Of a stretch of 64,000 nt of DNA, positions 38,684 through 51,646 are shown piece by piece. The position numbers were made by a program, and so were the translations under genes. How positions within the stretch are numbered: position 1 is the stretch's first letter; each line of letters starts with the position of its first letter. This stretch comes from Lingula anatina. Its lineage: Eukaryota; Animalia; Brachiopoda. The notes beneath the pieces were generated by a model that saw nothing but the letters and a program-made list of their open reading frames with translations, was not told where the DNA came from and did no database searches. The stretch is from the NCBI GenBank assembly GCA_051362555.1, contig CM120644.1, forward strand, positions 10,176,954 through 10,240,953. Direction: 5' to 3'.

Positions 38684-40342
38684 TCATTCTTCCTCTACTT
38701 CCGCTAGCGGCTGGACGTTGAATCTTCCTTGTAACTGATCTGAAAGTATACACTCAGTTTTAACGGTGTATTTCTTTTTCTTGTCTATGTCAAAATTTTC
38801 ACGGTCACGGTTCGTGCGTTAAAATGTAAAGAAAAAAGTTGAACCATTGTGTGCTCATTAACAAATTAATCTTGGCGTTACTCTGCCAGTTAATAGACCC
38901 CCCCCACTTCCACGCCTGCCAACGTCTTGTACTGGCATTCTCATAGGACGCAAAGTGTTCCGAGATACATAAGACTTGAACTGACAAACAAGAGGCATGT
39001 AAAAACACCCCGAATTTCCAGCTCACATACCTGCCACGTTCTTATACTGACATTCACGAAGGACGTCGATCAACGCCCTGAGAGTCGCATCGTGTCCTTT
39101 GATCTCTTGCCACTTGAGTAAACTCTGGTAACATTGCTCCTTCAGACTGTTGCCGTGGTCACTCTCTATGGCACTGATGTCGGACTCCGGCACCCCCAGC
39201 TCTCTCGCTAGCATTTTCCATTCATTTATGACTGTATTGCTATGGGTTATACTAGTGTAAGCTTTGCGTAGATTAGCCTCTGTAAAAATGGAAATTAATA
39301 TTAGAAAATTCGTAATCGTAAATGTGTTTACTGCAACTTAATTCAGTTTGTAGTCAGTCTTAATAATCAAACATAGATTTTTGACGGTAGACGTTTATCA
39401 AAGGGTAAGTATAAGTCAAGGGCATTGTAATGGAAACTGAATTTCATAACGCGCGCGGACACACGCACACAATTAACACATACACACGACTGCACGCAAA
39501 CAAACATACTAGCAAATAAGTGGTTGTAATTAAGTGATAACACACCTTCGACCTTCCTATTCTGTGCATGTTTATACCGTTCTTCTTTCTCGAGAAGTTC
39601 CGCCGCCAGCTCGCTGTGACTGCAGTTTTCGAGGGCTTCGCATAGCTTTTTAACCTGTGAAAAAATACAATTTACTCGTTACGCTCATTAAAAGGATAGC
39701 CAAATGAAAATGAAAGGTAAAAACAGAAGTGAGTAAGCTAGAGCGAAAATCAAAAAATACTGACCTTTCTCCAAGCCTCACTAAAACTAGGAAGATAACT
39801 AATTTATTTTGGTCGCCTGTTTTAAACACATAAACTTTAGCATAGTAAAATTCCTTCACAATATGCCAGACAACCAAACTACTGATCCCTTTACACCCAA
39901 TGGGAATCAATAGCCAATGACAAGGCCTTCACATATATAAACCATCTGCATCTAACTGAAATAGTGTGCGACAGTTGTTATTATGACGTAAAACTGGGTA
40001 TGCCAATAGGAGGTCAACCCAGATATGCGTACAGTACGCCAGTCATGCCCTACCTTGTCCGCGCCTCTGTTTGCGTGTTTGTACCAATGTTGCAGCGCGC
40101 CGTAGGCCAGTTTGTCCGAGTCTGCGTCATAGTTTTCTCGTTTAATCTGCTGGATGGTTGCCTTCTTTAGATGTAGTTGCGCAGCAAGAGCTTCCCAGTC
40201 CTCTCCGATCTGTTTAGCGACGTGTTGCATGGTTTCCGTGGTTAATATTCCTGCAAGAAAATAGGAAGCAGATTTTGATGGACAACTGGACTTTAAATGG
40301 GGGGAAAGCCTTACCCCGAGAAGATGAAATTCCCTGTGGGCT

Positions 40343-40396
<54 letters not shown>

Positions 40397-43300
40397 TGTG
40401 TGGGGTGATAACAACAGAAAGTGGAAATTTATCGCATTTCCTCTCATCATTATTTTAAGGATAAGGTTATGTTAATGCCTTCATAACTTAAATCCCAAAT
40501 TAAATTGGAAAGATGAATCAAGTTATTTGATGGCTATCTTCGTGTAGCTGCTGTATGCTTTCAATGTCACGCCGGGTCTTAAAAAGGAACTGGCCGTCCG
40601 CGTTCCTGGGACCTTACCCGCCGCCTGCATCTGCAATGGCACTCGATTCAGTGGTTGTGGGTTTTGAGGTGGGGGCTACAACAGAAAAAGAAAGTCATAC
40701 ATGTAACCCATGCTTCCAACGTATTATTTAGTTCTCTACAATTATTTGACCAGATGACCATTGTGCTTATAGCTAGATCTATCATTAATTAATGTGCATG
40801 ACGTTACTTTTTCGTTAAACAATCCTAAAATCATTTGGTCGTGTCTACGCATTTACATGTATTGATAACTAAGTCAATGGTACAAATACTTCTTTTGAAA
40901 AAATACATGCAACACATTATTTTTGACAGGTATAGAATTGTGACGTCATAGCTCTTACCTTGGGTATCTTGACACACATTTCACACAACATGACCTCGTT
41001 GTGGTTCTCATCCCCCGTGACGTCAGTCCAGAACTGGGCGTGGCCCATGTACGAGTCAAAACCCTTCTGGGCATAGAAGTCTTTGTAGACCAAAACTGCC
41101 TGCGTGCGGGCGCTGTCCAAATTGGAATTGAACACAAACTTCAGGTGCGAGTCGCCTTCGAACTGGAGATTCCCTCGAAAGGTGACCTTCACCTCCTGAC
41201 CTTCGTGAAGAATGATATCTTTACTGGGCACTGGGCCATAACCATATCCTTCCGTCTTGTAATAGTCGCTTGATTTTTCACACTTGTCTGCCCTGACGCA
41301 GTCCACCACGGCCATGCTGGGGTCAGCTTCCTTCTGTCGAAATAAGAACTTGACCACCCGCTCCTGTAGATAGGTGTCGACTATGTTGGGTATGGCTGCT
41401 ATATGTGCTGCCTCTGCCGTGCTCTTGGTTTTCAACACTAATATCCTACAAGAAAAGATACACATAGCCTATAGTGAACAAAGCGCCACCTTTCTGTTGG
41501 GCCTAATTCTGTCTACTCTTTTTTCTTTTAACGTTTTCGTTGTAGACATGTCGAAGCTGTTATTGAGACAGAAAAGTAGGCTATATTGTTATTATCAGTT
41601 ATCTTACACCTTTGTTCAACTGATAGTGCGGCATCCAATGCCGATCACAAAAGCTTCGAACTCGAAATTTAACTGAGAAAATCCTTGCGGGTTGAAATAA
41701 ATATGAAAAAGCTCCAGTAATTTGTAATAAAATAAAAATGAGATGTAGGCTACTGAAAAGGGACAGTACCTTTACAAAAGGATGCAAAGTTTTTTTAATT
41801 TCAGCTGCTGATTCCTCTCAGACTTGATCAATGCTATTGTTCAAATGTACTTTCGGGGTTAATATTCGTAACTCCACGTGATGTATTTTACCTGGACGTT
41901 TGCGTTTCCAGAGGGAAGGTCACCACGTCCCCCCTGCCTGGCGTGAACTCCACCCCAGGCACCCTCACCCAGGCGTTACCCTTGCCTTGGATCAACAGGT
42001 GGAGGACGTCTTCGTTCTCTTCATCGGCTGAAATGAATGGGGAATTTTATATGAAAGCAAAAAGAACAACCCAGAATTGTTTTTGGATATACAAAAGTTA
42101 TGGTAACGTTATAATAACGTTGTGTTAGCTGGGAAAATATATATGTGTGTGTGTGTGTGTGTGTGTCTGTCTGTGTGTGAGCACTGTTGCGTGTGCGAGA
42201 TATGATATGTTCCGAAGAATATTCGATTCTTCTACAGCAATGGAAAAAAACTTCCTTTGTTAAAGTCCATAGCTGTAACATGTGCGTATACATACCTTTT
42301 TCCTGATGACCATGTGTAGTAGAGGGTCTAGCAGGCAGCTTTGGTCCTCCCTTCTCTCTGCTCACAGCGGTCCTTCCCCGGGCTCGCTTCTTCGACAGAC
42401 CCCCAGGGGCGGGGATGGAGACGGTGGGGGCACCACTGAAGTTGTTGGTCATGCTCAGGTAGAGGATGGAGCTGGCGGAGAGCAGCTGCTCGCACCCCTT
42501 GTGGCGGCTCTTCATGTCATTAACAGTTAACTGGTCCATTGGCTGTACCTAAGCCAGCAAGACGATTTCATATTTTTTATTGTATGAAACAATGAGAATG
42601 GCGCTTTTTACCTGTACCTTGATGATCTCAATATGAATGTTAAAACAAAACTTATATTAATTCAAATTCTTCCTTTTTATTTCTCACTTATTTCTCAAAT
42701 GTTGCAAATCAAAAGTTCACAGGAAAAAAATTAATACTTCCTCGCTGGGGGCCGTAGCGATAGTCCGAAGGTTCAATAGTCCGAAGGTTCATTGGTCCGA
42801 ATGTTCACTGTAGAACCTTCGGACCAATGAACCCTTGATTAAAAAATCGATAAAAATGTTACCACTTTTCGGACCAATGAACCTTCGGACCAATGAACCT
42901 TCGGACTATCGAGACGCCCCCCCTCGCTGCAGTCTGGTGAGAGATTGTAAGGCTAGGCTGTGAGGATATCAACTTATTGATCTGACCTTGATCTTTTGTG
43001 TTATTTACTTTGATCTATTACGCAATTTTCATTACTTTCATGAATTTTAAATGCAGTAGTAGGCTACATGTTGTAGTTTCTCATAACCCCTAGTAGAGTG
43101 GGTTTTATTTTGTGAGACGTTAATAAAATTATTATTATTATTGCGCAATTTTCCCTGCATGGACCATACCTGCAGCCTGACGGGCGTAGACAATCTAAAC
43201 GCGTTCTTGGCAAACTGCAGGTAAATCCTGGAGTCCACTGATGACGTCACTTTGCCACCTCGATTGTTAATGACTTCCTTGTCGTCCTTAAGGCGCGTCA

Positions 43301-46300
43301 CAACTGCGCACGTTACTGACTTGAAGCTCTTCATGCTCATTTCAATGAAGCGAATATCCTAGAAAGAAAGTTTTAATTGAATATGTTCCCAAGAAGCCAC
43401 ACAGACAATGAACAACATAACTGGTGCTCTGCTACTGGCATTTTATAGGCCTATGAGTTACTCAACCCGTCATTTATACATATGAAGTTCATTTAAATAG
43501 CTAAAGTAACAGTAGCCTACCAAATATTGACGAATGTCTTAGCCATCTAAGAAAACTGGAAGTGCGTATGTGTGTGCAAGGACGCGCGAGTGTGTGTGAG
43601 TGAGATTAAACATGCCTTACCATAATAATTATTGCTCTTGACTGCCAGACAAAATTGCAGTGTAAGTTTACGTGGGGCACGAGAAACATGTTATGTAAAA
43701 TTTGGAAAAAAAAAAAAAAAAAAAAAAAAAAACAGCACACTGTCTTCCTACCTTGTAATCCTCAAACACTACATCTCGGCATGTCTGGACCTCTGACCAA
43801 ATGCCGTCCTCGTTCTTCACCTTCAGCACCACCACGCGGTAATTGACGTTCTTGGGCGCACAGTGAGGCACGGCCAGACACATCGGCTCCTGGGTGGTAT
43901 TAAAATGAAGAAGAGTTTCAAGCGTTGCTACAATTAAATTGTTATAAAAAGATTTATGAAAAAGGCTCCTCGTGGACACCTTGAGAATAAAAAAAAAAAA
44001 AAAAGAAATCAAAATTGCTTTTCACAAAGTAGCCTACGAAATATAATTCAACTTCATATTCTTTATTTTTTAAAATCAAAATGGACTATCAGTTAATACA
44101 TCTCTCCCAAGCATGCTAGCTTGGCCATAAGTTTCCCGCAATAGAAAACACCATACCCACGCTCGGCTGTCACCTTGATTGGATAGTAAACGATTGTCGT
44201 AAAATCGCTAAATGATATTAAAACCGGGTGCATAAACTTGAAAACCACCTACAACAACCTTGGACTGCCACATTAATCCAATACAATGCAAACATAAACT
44301 ATAACAAGTGGTTAAAGCCTTTAAACCGAATGTCGTAAAGTCCCCATATACCTCCATAGAGACAATAAAATAGAAGAAGCTTGTGAAACAAGAAAAATCC
44401 AGTTCCAACATAATAATCGAAATAAAATACTGCCGGGCATCGGAGCGGCCTAAAACTTGGCACGCTTACCGCTAATACTGCAGGCTACATCATCCCGTCG
44501 CTCGTTTGTAAATTCCGTGCATGGCATACGCACAATCAAACCGTAAAAAACAAATTCTCGGGGTGTCGTTGGCCAGGTCCACTTTAACCTACCATTACGA
44601 AATAGAAGCCATGCCATTGGACAATGCGACCTCTGCGGTTACGTCATTTCCTGAATTGGATTGTTGAGTGGACCTAGCCAACGACACCCCGAGAATTTGT
44701 TTTTTACGGTTTGATTGTGCGTATGCCATGCACGGAATTTACAAACGAGCGACGGGATGATGTAGCCTGCAGTATTAGCGGTAAGCGTGCCAAGTTTTAG
44801 GCCGCTCCGATGCCCGGCAGTATTTTATTTCGATTATTATGTTGGAACTGGATTTTTCTTGTTTCACAAGCTTCTTCTATTTTATTGTCTCTATGGAGGT
44901 ATATGGGGACTTTACGACATTCGGTTTAAAGGCTTTAACCACTTGTTATAGTTTATGTTTGCATTGTATTGGATTAATGTGGCAGTCCAAGGTTGTTGTA
45001 GGTGGTTTTCAAGTTTATGCACCCGGTTTTAATATCATTTAGCGATTTTACGACAATCGTTTACTATCCAATCAAGGTGACAGCCGAGCGTGACCATACC
45101 TCAAACTCTAGCTGTTCTTCTTGCTCCGCAGCGACAGCTATCGTGAGGACATGACCCACCAGTTCCTCGTTTTCGCCAAGCTTCATGCATGTATTAGGAT
45201 CTAATAGATCCAATTTAGAACTTGCCAGCTTGTCTTGTGTCACTTCGTCTCCCATTGATCGAACTATACAGCCGATACCTCTCTCAAACCCATCACTGTC
45301 AATGTTACAACTGGAAAAAAAAGATGGACGATACAACAAGGGTAAGTAACCCAATTGTGTTAGGTGAGATTTTGCGTTGGATGTTCCTGGATGTTCTGAT
45401 ACTCTTCCTGGATGTTCTGATACTCAGTTTCAACCGAGTTGGCGAAAATTTTATCGAAAATGAAACTTCTGTTTTGGATAATACTATCGAAACTGCATGA
45501 ACGAAGTGATAATATCAGTCGTGTGAGATAACGTTACATTACTGCATAGTGCAGTTTACTTTAAGCCATTCTAATTTCTAAAAAAGTCGCAGTCATTAAA
45601 AAAAATGTAGGTCTACTTGTAGCTAGGCTAGCCTACTCTGAAATGTTGTTTTAGCTGGTAATATATCTCATTATATAGTTGCTATTGACACACTGATTTT
45701 GCATTAAAACATTGCTTACATGACAGGGGTCCAGTTGGCGGGATCTCTCTTTTCTCTCTCTTTCCTCTCTTCTTCTTCCTTCTTCCGTTTTATTTCTTCT
45801 TCTTTCTTCTTTTTTTCCTCTTCGTCTTTACGGCGCTGCTCTCTCTCTTCATCTGTCTCCCCGGGCTTTCGATCGGCTTCCTTCTTTTTCTTCTCTTCTT
45901 CCTCTAGCCTTTTGCGTTCTTCTTCCTATAATATGTGTATTGAAGTTAAAGTAAATGCGCATGCACAATAAATAAGTGCATAATGATTATAAGTAGGCCT
46001 ATGCATCTGAACTAAAGAATCAGAATAAAGTCCATAGTTGAAAACAAACGAGAGAAATGAAATAAACCATACAAATAAAGTTAAAACCGGAACTACACGA
46101 TACAAAGCACACTCTGACTACTACACTTCTATTTACTTCTTTTCTCTTCCTCTCTGCCTCCTCCTCCTCTTGTCTCTTTCTTTCAGCTTCTTCCTCTTCC
46201 TGGATTCTCCTCTCTTCCTCTTCTTTCTTCAGCCTTTCTTCTTCCTCCTCCTCTAGTGTCTTTTGGGCACTCTCTAAAGTATCACCGTAGGCCTCTGCTT

Positions 46301-49067
46301 CCGTGGAGGCCGCCGCCGCTGCCGCCGCCGCCTTGCAGGCCGCCTCGTTGATTTCTGCCGTGAACACGAGAAGGTTTTGAAGGTCTTTCGCTGCTTCTGC
46401 GAACGTGTCGTGCGCCTTGGTTGCTTGTTCAAGGGCGTAGATTTCCTCCTTCGTCATAGGATGATCTAAGAATATTAAAAATGGTATAAATTGTATACTA
46501 GTATATTGTGTACTAAGTATATGTTTTTAGTACATTTTTTGATACGTAAAGGGTGGGATGGGGGGGGGGGGGAGAGGTGGCTTTCGGGGAGTTACAGTCG
46601 TCCAATGGCCTAGTGCTTTAATTACAGTCGTGGTTGGTCACATATTTTTCCAGGATGGACTAATTGTTTGAACTATGTAAACAGTATAAGAAATATCACG
46701 AAGTCATATCCAGGCCTACCCAACTACCAGACTCGGCACATAAGGATCCTGAATTAACCGGTACATCGGACCACACTACCCGTTTTCAAGGTGTGTGTCA
46801 GATCGCATTTCGGAGTATCAGGATGAGCCCGCGGTCGTCCTACTATATCTCCAATGTGATCCCCCATGAACCTCAGGTTATCAGTCGTCCGGATACAGGT
46901 ATAAACTGGGGGGTCTCAGAGTCTATTGAATTATGCTCCGTGCCTTCGTCCCAAATAAATACTTCGTCCTGAATAATCCATTACAAGCATTGCTTTGAAG
47001 TAAAAACACAGCAAATAAAATAAAAAAGGATTGTTAAAAGTTGACCCTTTCCATAACTTTTTATGACCAAAGTTGGTTAAATATCTTGGCTGTTTTACTT
47101 TCTAATATTTAGATAAGTGAGCACTGATTTTTAACGTCTGGGTAATTTGTCTGTATAATTAAACGGACATTATGTTATTGTAAAATATTACCCACTCTAA
47201 ATAGAAATTAGAAACTCTGCATTAAGGGGCAATGCTCTTATATCATTAATACAAAAAGTAATACAACTCATAATTTTCTTTTTATTTGATTTTAAGGATG
47301 CTGAACCTAGTACACTACCAGTTTTCAAGGTGTGTGTCAGATTGCATTTCGGAGTATCAGTCAGAACACCGACAGGATGAGCCCGCGGTCGTCCTACAAA
47401 ATTTGTTCTGGGGTATGATACTCCGAAATGCGATCTGACACACACCTTGAAAACGGGTAGTGTGGTCCGATATACCGGTTAATTCAGGATCCTTATGTGC
47501 CGAGTCTGGTAGTTGGGTAGGCCTGATATCTATCTAATTATTTTTCTCACCGGACATAGAAATCAAGTAATGAGAAAAAGTCAAGTCCTAAACAGCCACA
47601 AGACGTAGTATTTCGCCACCTTCATCTTTTACCCCAACCATGGATCTTTCCAGCTTTCTCTGGTTGTAACAAAATTGCATGAAAGACTGTGAGGATCCCT
47701 GGTAGAAGATAAGCATACCCCCCTGTCCCCGAAGAAACATTTTGATAATAGTGCGCCTGAGATCAGTCTCTCTGCATATTTTGGCATGGACAAATGCCAC
47801 TTTTAAAAAATGGAGTGGGAGACTTTAACTGGAGCATTGACAACACGTGTCATATATGTCAGTGCACTTAGGTGAACAAACAGTGTCTCAATGCAAATTC
47901 AATGCAGGGTTGAGTCATGTTTTGTCAATGTTTGCTGGCGTACGTGTAGACTCCAGGCTGTTGCTTTAGTTAAGGTGAATTTTTTTTACCATTCATCTTA
48001 GTTTTAGATCGCTTATTATGCGTTGCGGTCGTTTGTATTTGACACACGCACACAAAAGAAAAAAAAACACTGGAGCTAACAGTGAAAAGTTCAAAGTAAA
48101 GTAAATAAATGTTTTGTAAAAAAAGTCGAGCACCAAAATTGTTCAAACGGAAAGTAAGTGTTTGTTATCTCTAAACAAGCCGAGTTCCCTGCTTGGTTAA
48201 TATTTACCGATAAAATTAAGACATATAGACCCCATATAGACATATAGACATATAGACCCCAGCAGCTGAAAAATAAATTCGAGAATAGAAAGCAAATCCT
48301 ATGGTTCATCATATCTACAGTTTCTACGGACTTTTGTTCGGACCGAACAATAAATAAATATATAAATAAGAGGAGTGAATAAATAAACAGACCATTAATT
48401 ATTTTGGAAAACAAACAAACAAATAAATCCAAATATTGATCTGCAAAACAATTTTAAACGAACGGACATATATTTGGCACTAAGCAGAAATGAAAAATTA
48501 ACATAAGGGCAAGAAAAAGAATCCGTTTTAGCGAATTATTAATTTATACCAGTATAAAGTCAATTTTATCTTAAATTCACGACAAATGTTTCTGGGCGAT
48601 GTCAGGTCCAAAAAGTCCGGGTTGGGGTGGGGGTTGAGAGATGCAATGGGGCATGCCCCCTCCCCCCCCCTTATGCTTTGGAGGTACCCCCTCTCCTCCT
48701 AAATACAACACATGCAGAACGAGACAAAACCGAGCACTATTTCCAAGTAGAACAGTAAGGTCGTCCTTGTCTTATTATAACCTCTATGTTAACTGCTGGG
48801 CGAAGCGAAACAATATTTGTTATCGTACCCCCCCTCCTCCATCAAATAAAATTCTGTGACTGTGACTGTTGCTAGTGAAAATAACACTTAAGCAACCATG
48901 CCTCGCGGTAAAGTTGATTGAGTCACTACATGTGCAAAAAAATTACTAGCTGGCACAGACAAAATAGAGCATTACTAAACGGCTCTGTGATAAGTTAAAT
49001 GTTAATAGCAATGGCATCCCAAAACACATGTCATCCCAAAACATGCTCTCTCACACACTCTCTCTCG

Positions 49068-49106
<39 letters not shown>

Positions 49107-49587
49107 ACACACACACACACATCACTGCACAAATAGACACGCCGACATTTTGCAAAACACTGTATTGCACCGATTGCAGCTCACCTCCACGTTCAAAAGG
49201 TTTAAATTCTTGCTTGAGTTTACTTGTGATCGTATGCACCACTTCTGCCATCACATCACGGGTAGCCGAGATGCTGTCTGCTGCAGCCATTATATAAACA
49301 TTACATTTTTTGAGCTCGTGTGAACAATTCTTAATTTCATCTCTGAGGGTGGCCACCCTGTTACTCTCATAGTGCTCCAGTAGCGTTCCGTCTTCAACAT
49401 TCTCGTGCTCTGACCTCAGCCTGCTTTGCAATTCTTTAAGAGTAGTGATCGGATTCAAATTTTCATCCAGTTCAATGTCGAGTTCTTTCTCTTTCTTTTC
49501 ATCTTCTTCTTCATTTTTAACTTCTTCCGATGTGTCGTCTGCTGGAGCATCCGCAGATTCGTCGGAATTTTTCTCAGCGTCGGACAT
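38684..49587 (-). CDS. DTHD1-like protein: acidic/charged coiled-coil N-terminus, ZU5/UPA-like region, two C-terminal death domains
   Basis: 14 phase-consistent exons: 49587-49185, 46465-46137, 45925-45720, 45310-45100, 43889-43752, 43358-43170, 42548-42296, 42027-41892, 41445-40959, 40675-40618, 40250-40054, 39654-39546, 39279-39031, 38739-38684. ZU5-like ENEELVGHVL and GGKVTSSVDSRI. Death domains IGEDWEALAAQL..LQHW and WKMLARELGV..LLKW. Family assignment comes from motif recognition only. Confidence 0.8.
42748..42921. mobile_element. Non-autonomous DNA transposon with 8-bp TSD and subterminal 16-bp repeats
   Basis: TSD CCTCGCTG at 42740-42747 and 42922-42929. Inverted (TCCGAAGGTTCATTGG)-like repeats. 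Confidence 0.8.
44158..45092. mobile_element. Foldback element: 426-bp near-perfect inverted arms, 83-bp spacer, 8-bp TSD
   Basis: 44158-44583 is the reverse complement of 44667-45092 (identical 67-aa ORFs on opposite strands). ACCATACC at 44150-44157 and 45093-45100. Confidence 0.92.
46711..47525. mobile_element. Non-autonomous DNA transposon, ~110-bp TIRs, 5-bp TSD
   Basis: TIR CAGGCCTACCCAACTACCAGACTCGGCAC.. / ..GTGCCGAGTCTGGTAGTTGGGTAGGCCTG. ATATC on both flanks. Confidence 0.85.
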
Positions 49588-50301
49588 ACCCGCCGTCTGT
49601 CTTTTAAAACTGTCGCCTGCCTTCACAATTACATGTATTTCTTAAGGCACTTTGCGGTTGGTTTCCCTTCTGAATTATCTGAGTATTGGTACCTCTCAAA
49701 AGGTGTAAAAAATAGCAGGGTTGAAGCAGTAGATTAATACCATCCCGTTACCAAGGCCTAACAGGACAAGGCCTCGCTCTTCAGACGTCAGTGAACTTTG
49801 CCCTAATTCTTGTGAAACCGGTAGCTACAAAGGTAAGCTGTATTTTATAAACTCGAACAGCAGTGTAAACAAACTGCTTAGAAACAGCGGAGTAGCTTTA
49901 GTAATGGATACAATAATATGGGATCTAAGCGTGTAAAGGGCAAAACACCGGTCAAGACCCTACCTATTATTCTTTGTTTACGTCAGCTACTTTGCGGTGT
50001 CACAAAGAGTGTAAAGAGTGGAAAGGGGAATAATTCGTGTTTTCATTGTGTTTTATTGAATTGGAATGCTGTAAATCAGGGCCAAACACATTCACCACTT
50101 GGCATGATAAGTGGCCTCGGATAAAAGATGTGCATTCCTCTAGAGGCACAGTTCAACACGAAGGCAGCGGATTTCGTAACAGAGCAAATTTTGCTGCGCT
50201 TTATTTTCCATTTACCAAAATTCCGTAGTGTGCATTAAAATTTAAATTGTGTCTGGATGAAGGCAGATCTGTTTTTGTTGTGCTTTTGTGCCTGTTGACA
50301 A

Positions 50302-50340
<39 letters not shown>

Positions 50341-51051
50341 AGAGAAAGAGAGTGTATGTATGTACTGTATGTACATGTATGTTTCAGAATAATAAACAGT
50401 CTACAGACGTTGTCATTGACTTGCATCTTTTATTTCTGTTGTTTTAACTAGTTACACAGCTAGTGTGTTTGCTTGATAGGTTCGCGACGTAATATATGGA
50501 AATTATTTTAATTCTTGTTTTATTTTTTTTTTTCGAATAATAGGTAGAACAATCAGGGATAGAACTTAGTAAAACTATTGCAGAATATATTTAAAATATC
50601 TGTAAAACTTAATTTACCTGTCGCCCATTGACACCACTGTACCCCTAGGTTATATATGTATGTACACGCTTTAATCAATGAGGGTATGTCATTCTGTTAT
50701 CTGGCCACACCAAAATGTCGCAATTTATTTTATGTTTAATAAAGTTCTATATATCTATCCCAGCTACGACCTATCTCTGTATCACGGTATTTCATTCACA
50801 TTCCTATGGTTCGTACTTACGTTCATGTTTGGTTTAAGGCCAAAGTTGGGCCCAAAATTTGGCGTACTATTTATTCGGTTTTGCCCGAAATTTAAGTATA
50901 CTAGTGCACGTATTTTGTATTATAATGGTAATTATGAAATATATATGTATAGCACCGGGTTACAAGGAGACAAAGTATCTCAGTAGTCCAGATGTCCGAA
51001 GACGAAATTCCGGTCGATATTCGGCTTAAAGCAGTCCCGTCTGAACACAAA

Positions 51052-51602
51052 CTAAGACGTAGTGACTTGACAGATAGCATTGCCATTTGCGTCGCATTTC
51101 TGTGCTTTCCATTTGGTCGGGGAGTTCTTCGTATTGATAGCTCCACATTCTTTGGCGGGGTTGTCAGGGTTTGTGCCCGACCCGTTTCCGTCCCAGTTTA
51201 CGTACCCCAGGGACGTGTCGTCGATCCACTGCCAAGTACCGTTGGTAAACTTAAGTCCTATCCAGTTAACGTCAATGGTTGCGCTGAAATGCATAAAGAA
51301 AAAAAAAATGGTGTGAGTTCAGGATCTTTTATCATTCAAAACCACAAAAAGTATATATGTACAGTGTGTAATTTATTTAACACACCCGTCATGTGACACA
51401 AAGTAGAGTTTGAATCGCATCTCTTCATGAGTTAGTGACATCGGAGTCAATCAGCAGAATAGATATGTTGATTGATTTAACATGGAACTTTTTTTAACAG
51501 ATTTATTTCTATAATAAAGATATGCAAAATAGATAAATTCAAGGCATGGAAAACGTTCATAAATCATTTTTTCATTCAGGTTGGGCTGGCGAAGATATAC
51601 GG

Positions 51603-51646
<44 letters not shown>

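Noticed and set aside
44208-45042. Identical 67-aa ORFs on opposite strands
   Set aside because: A consequence of the foldback arms, with no coding evidence.
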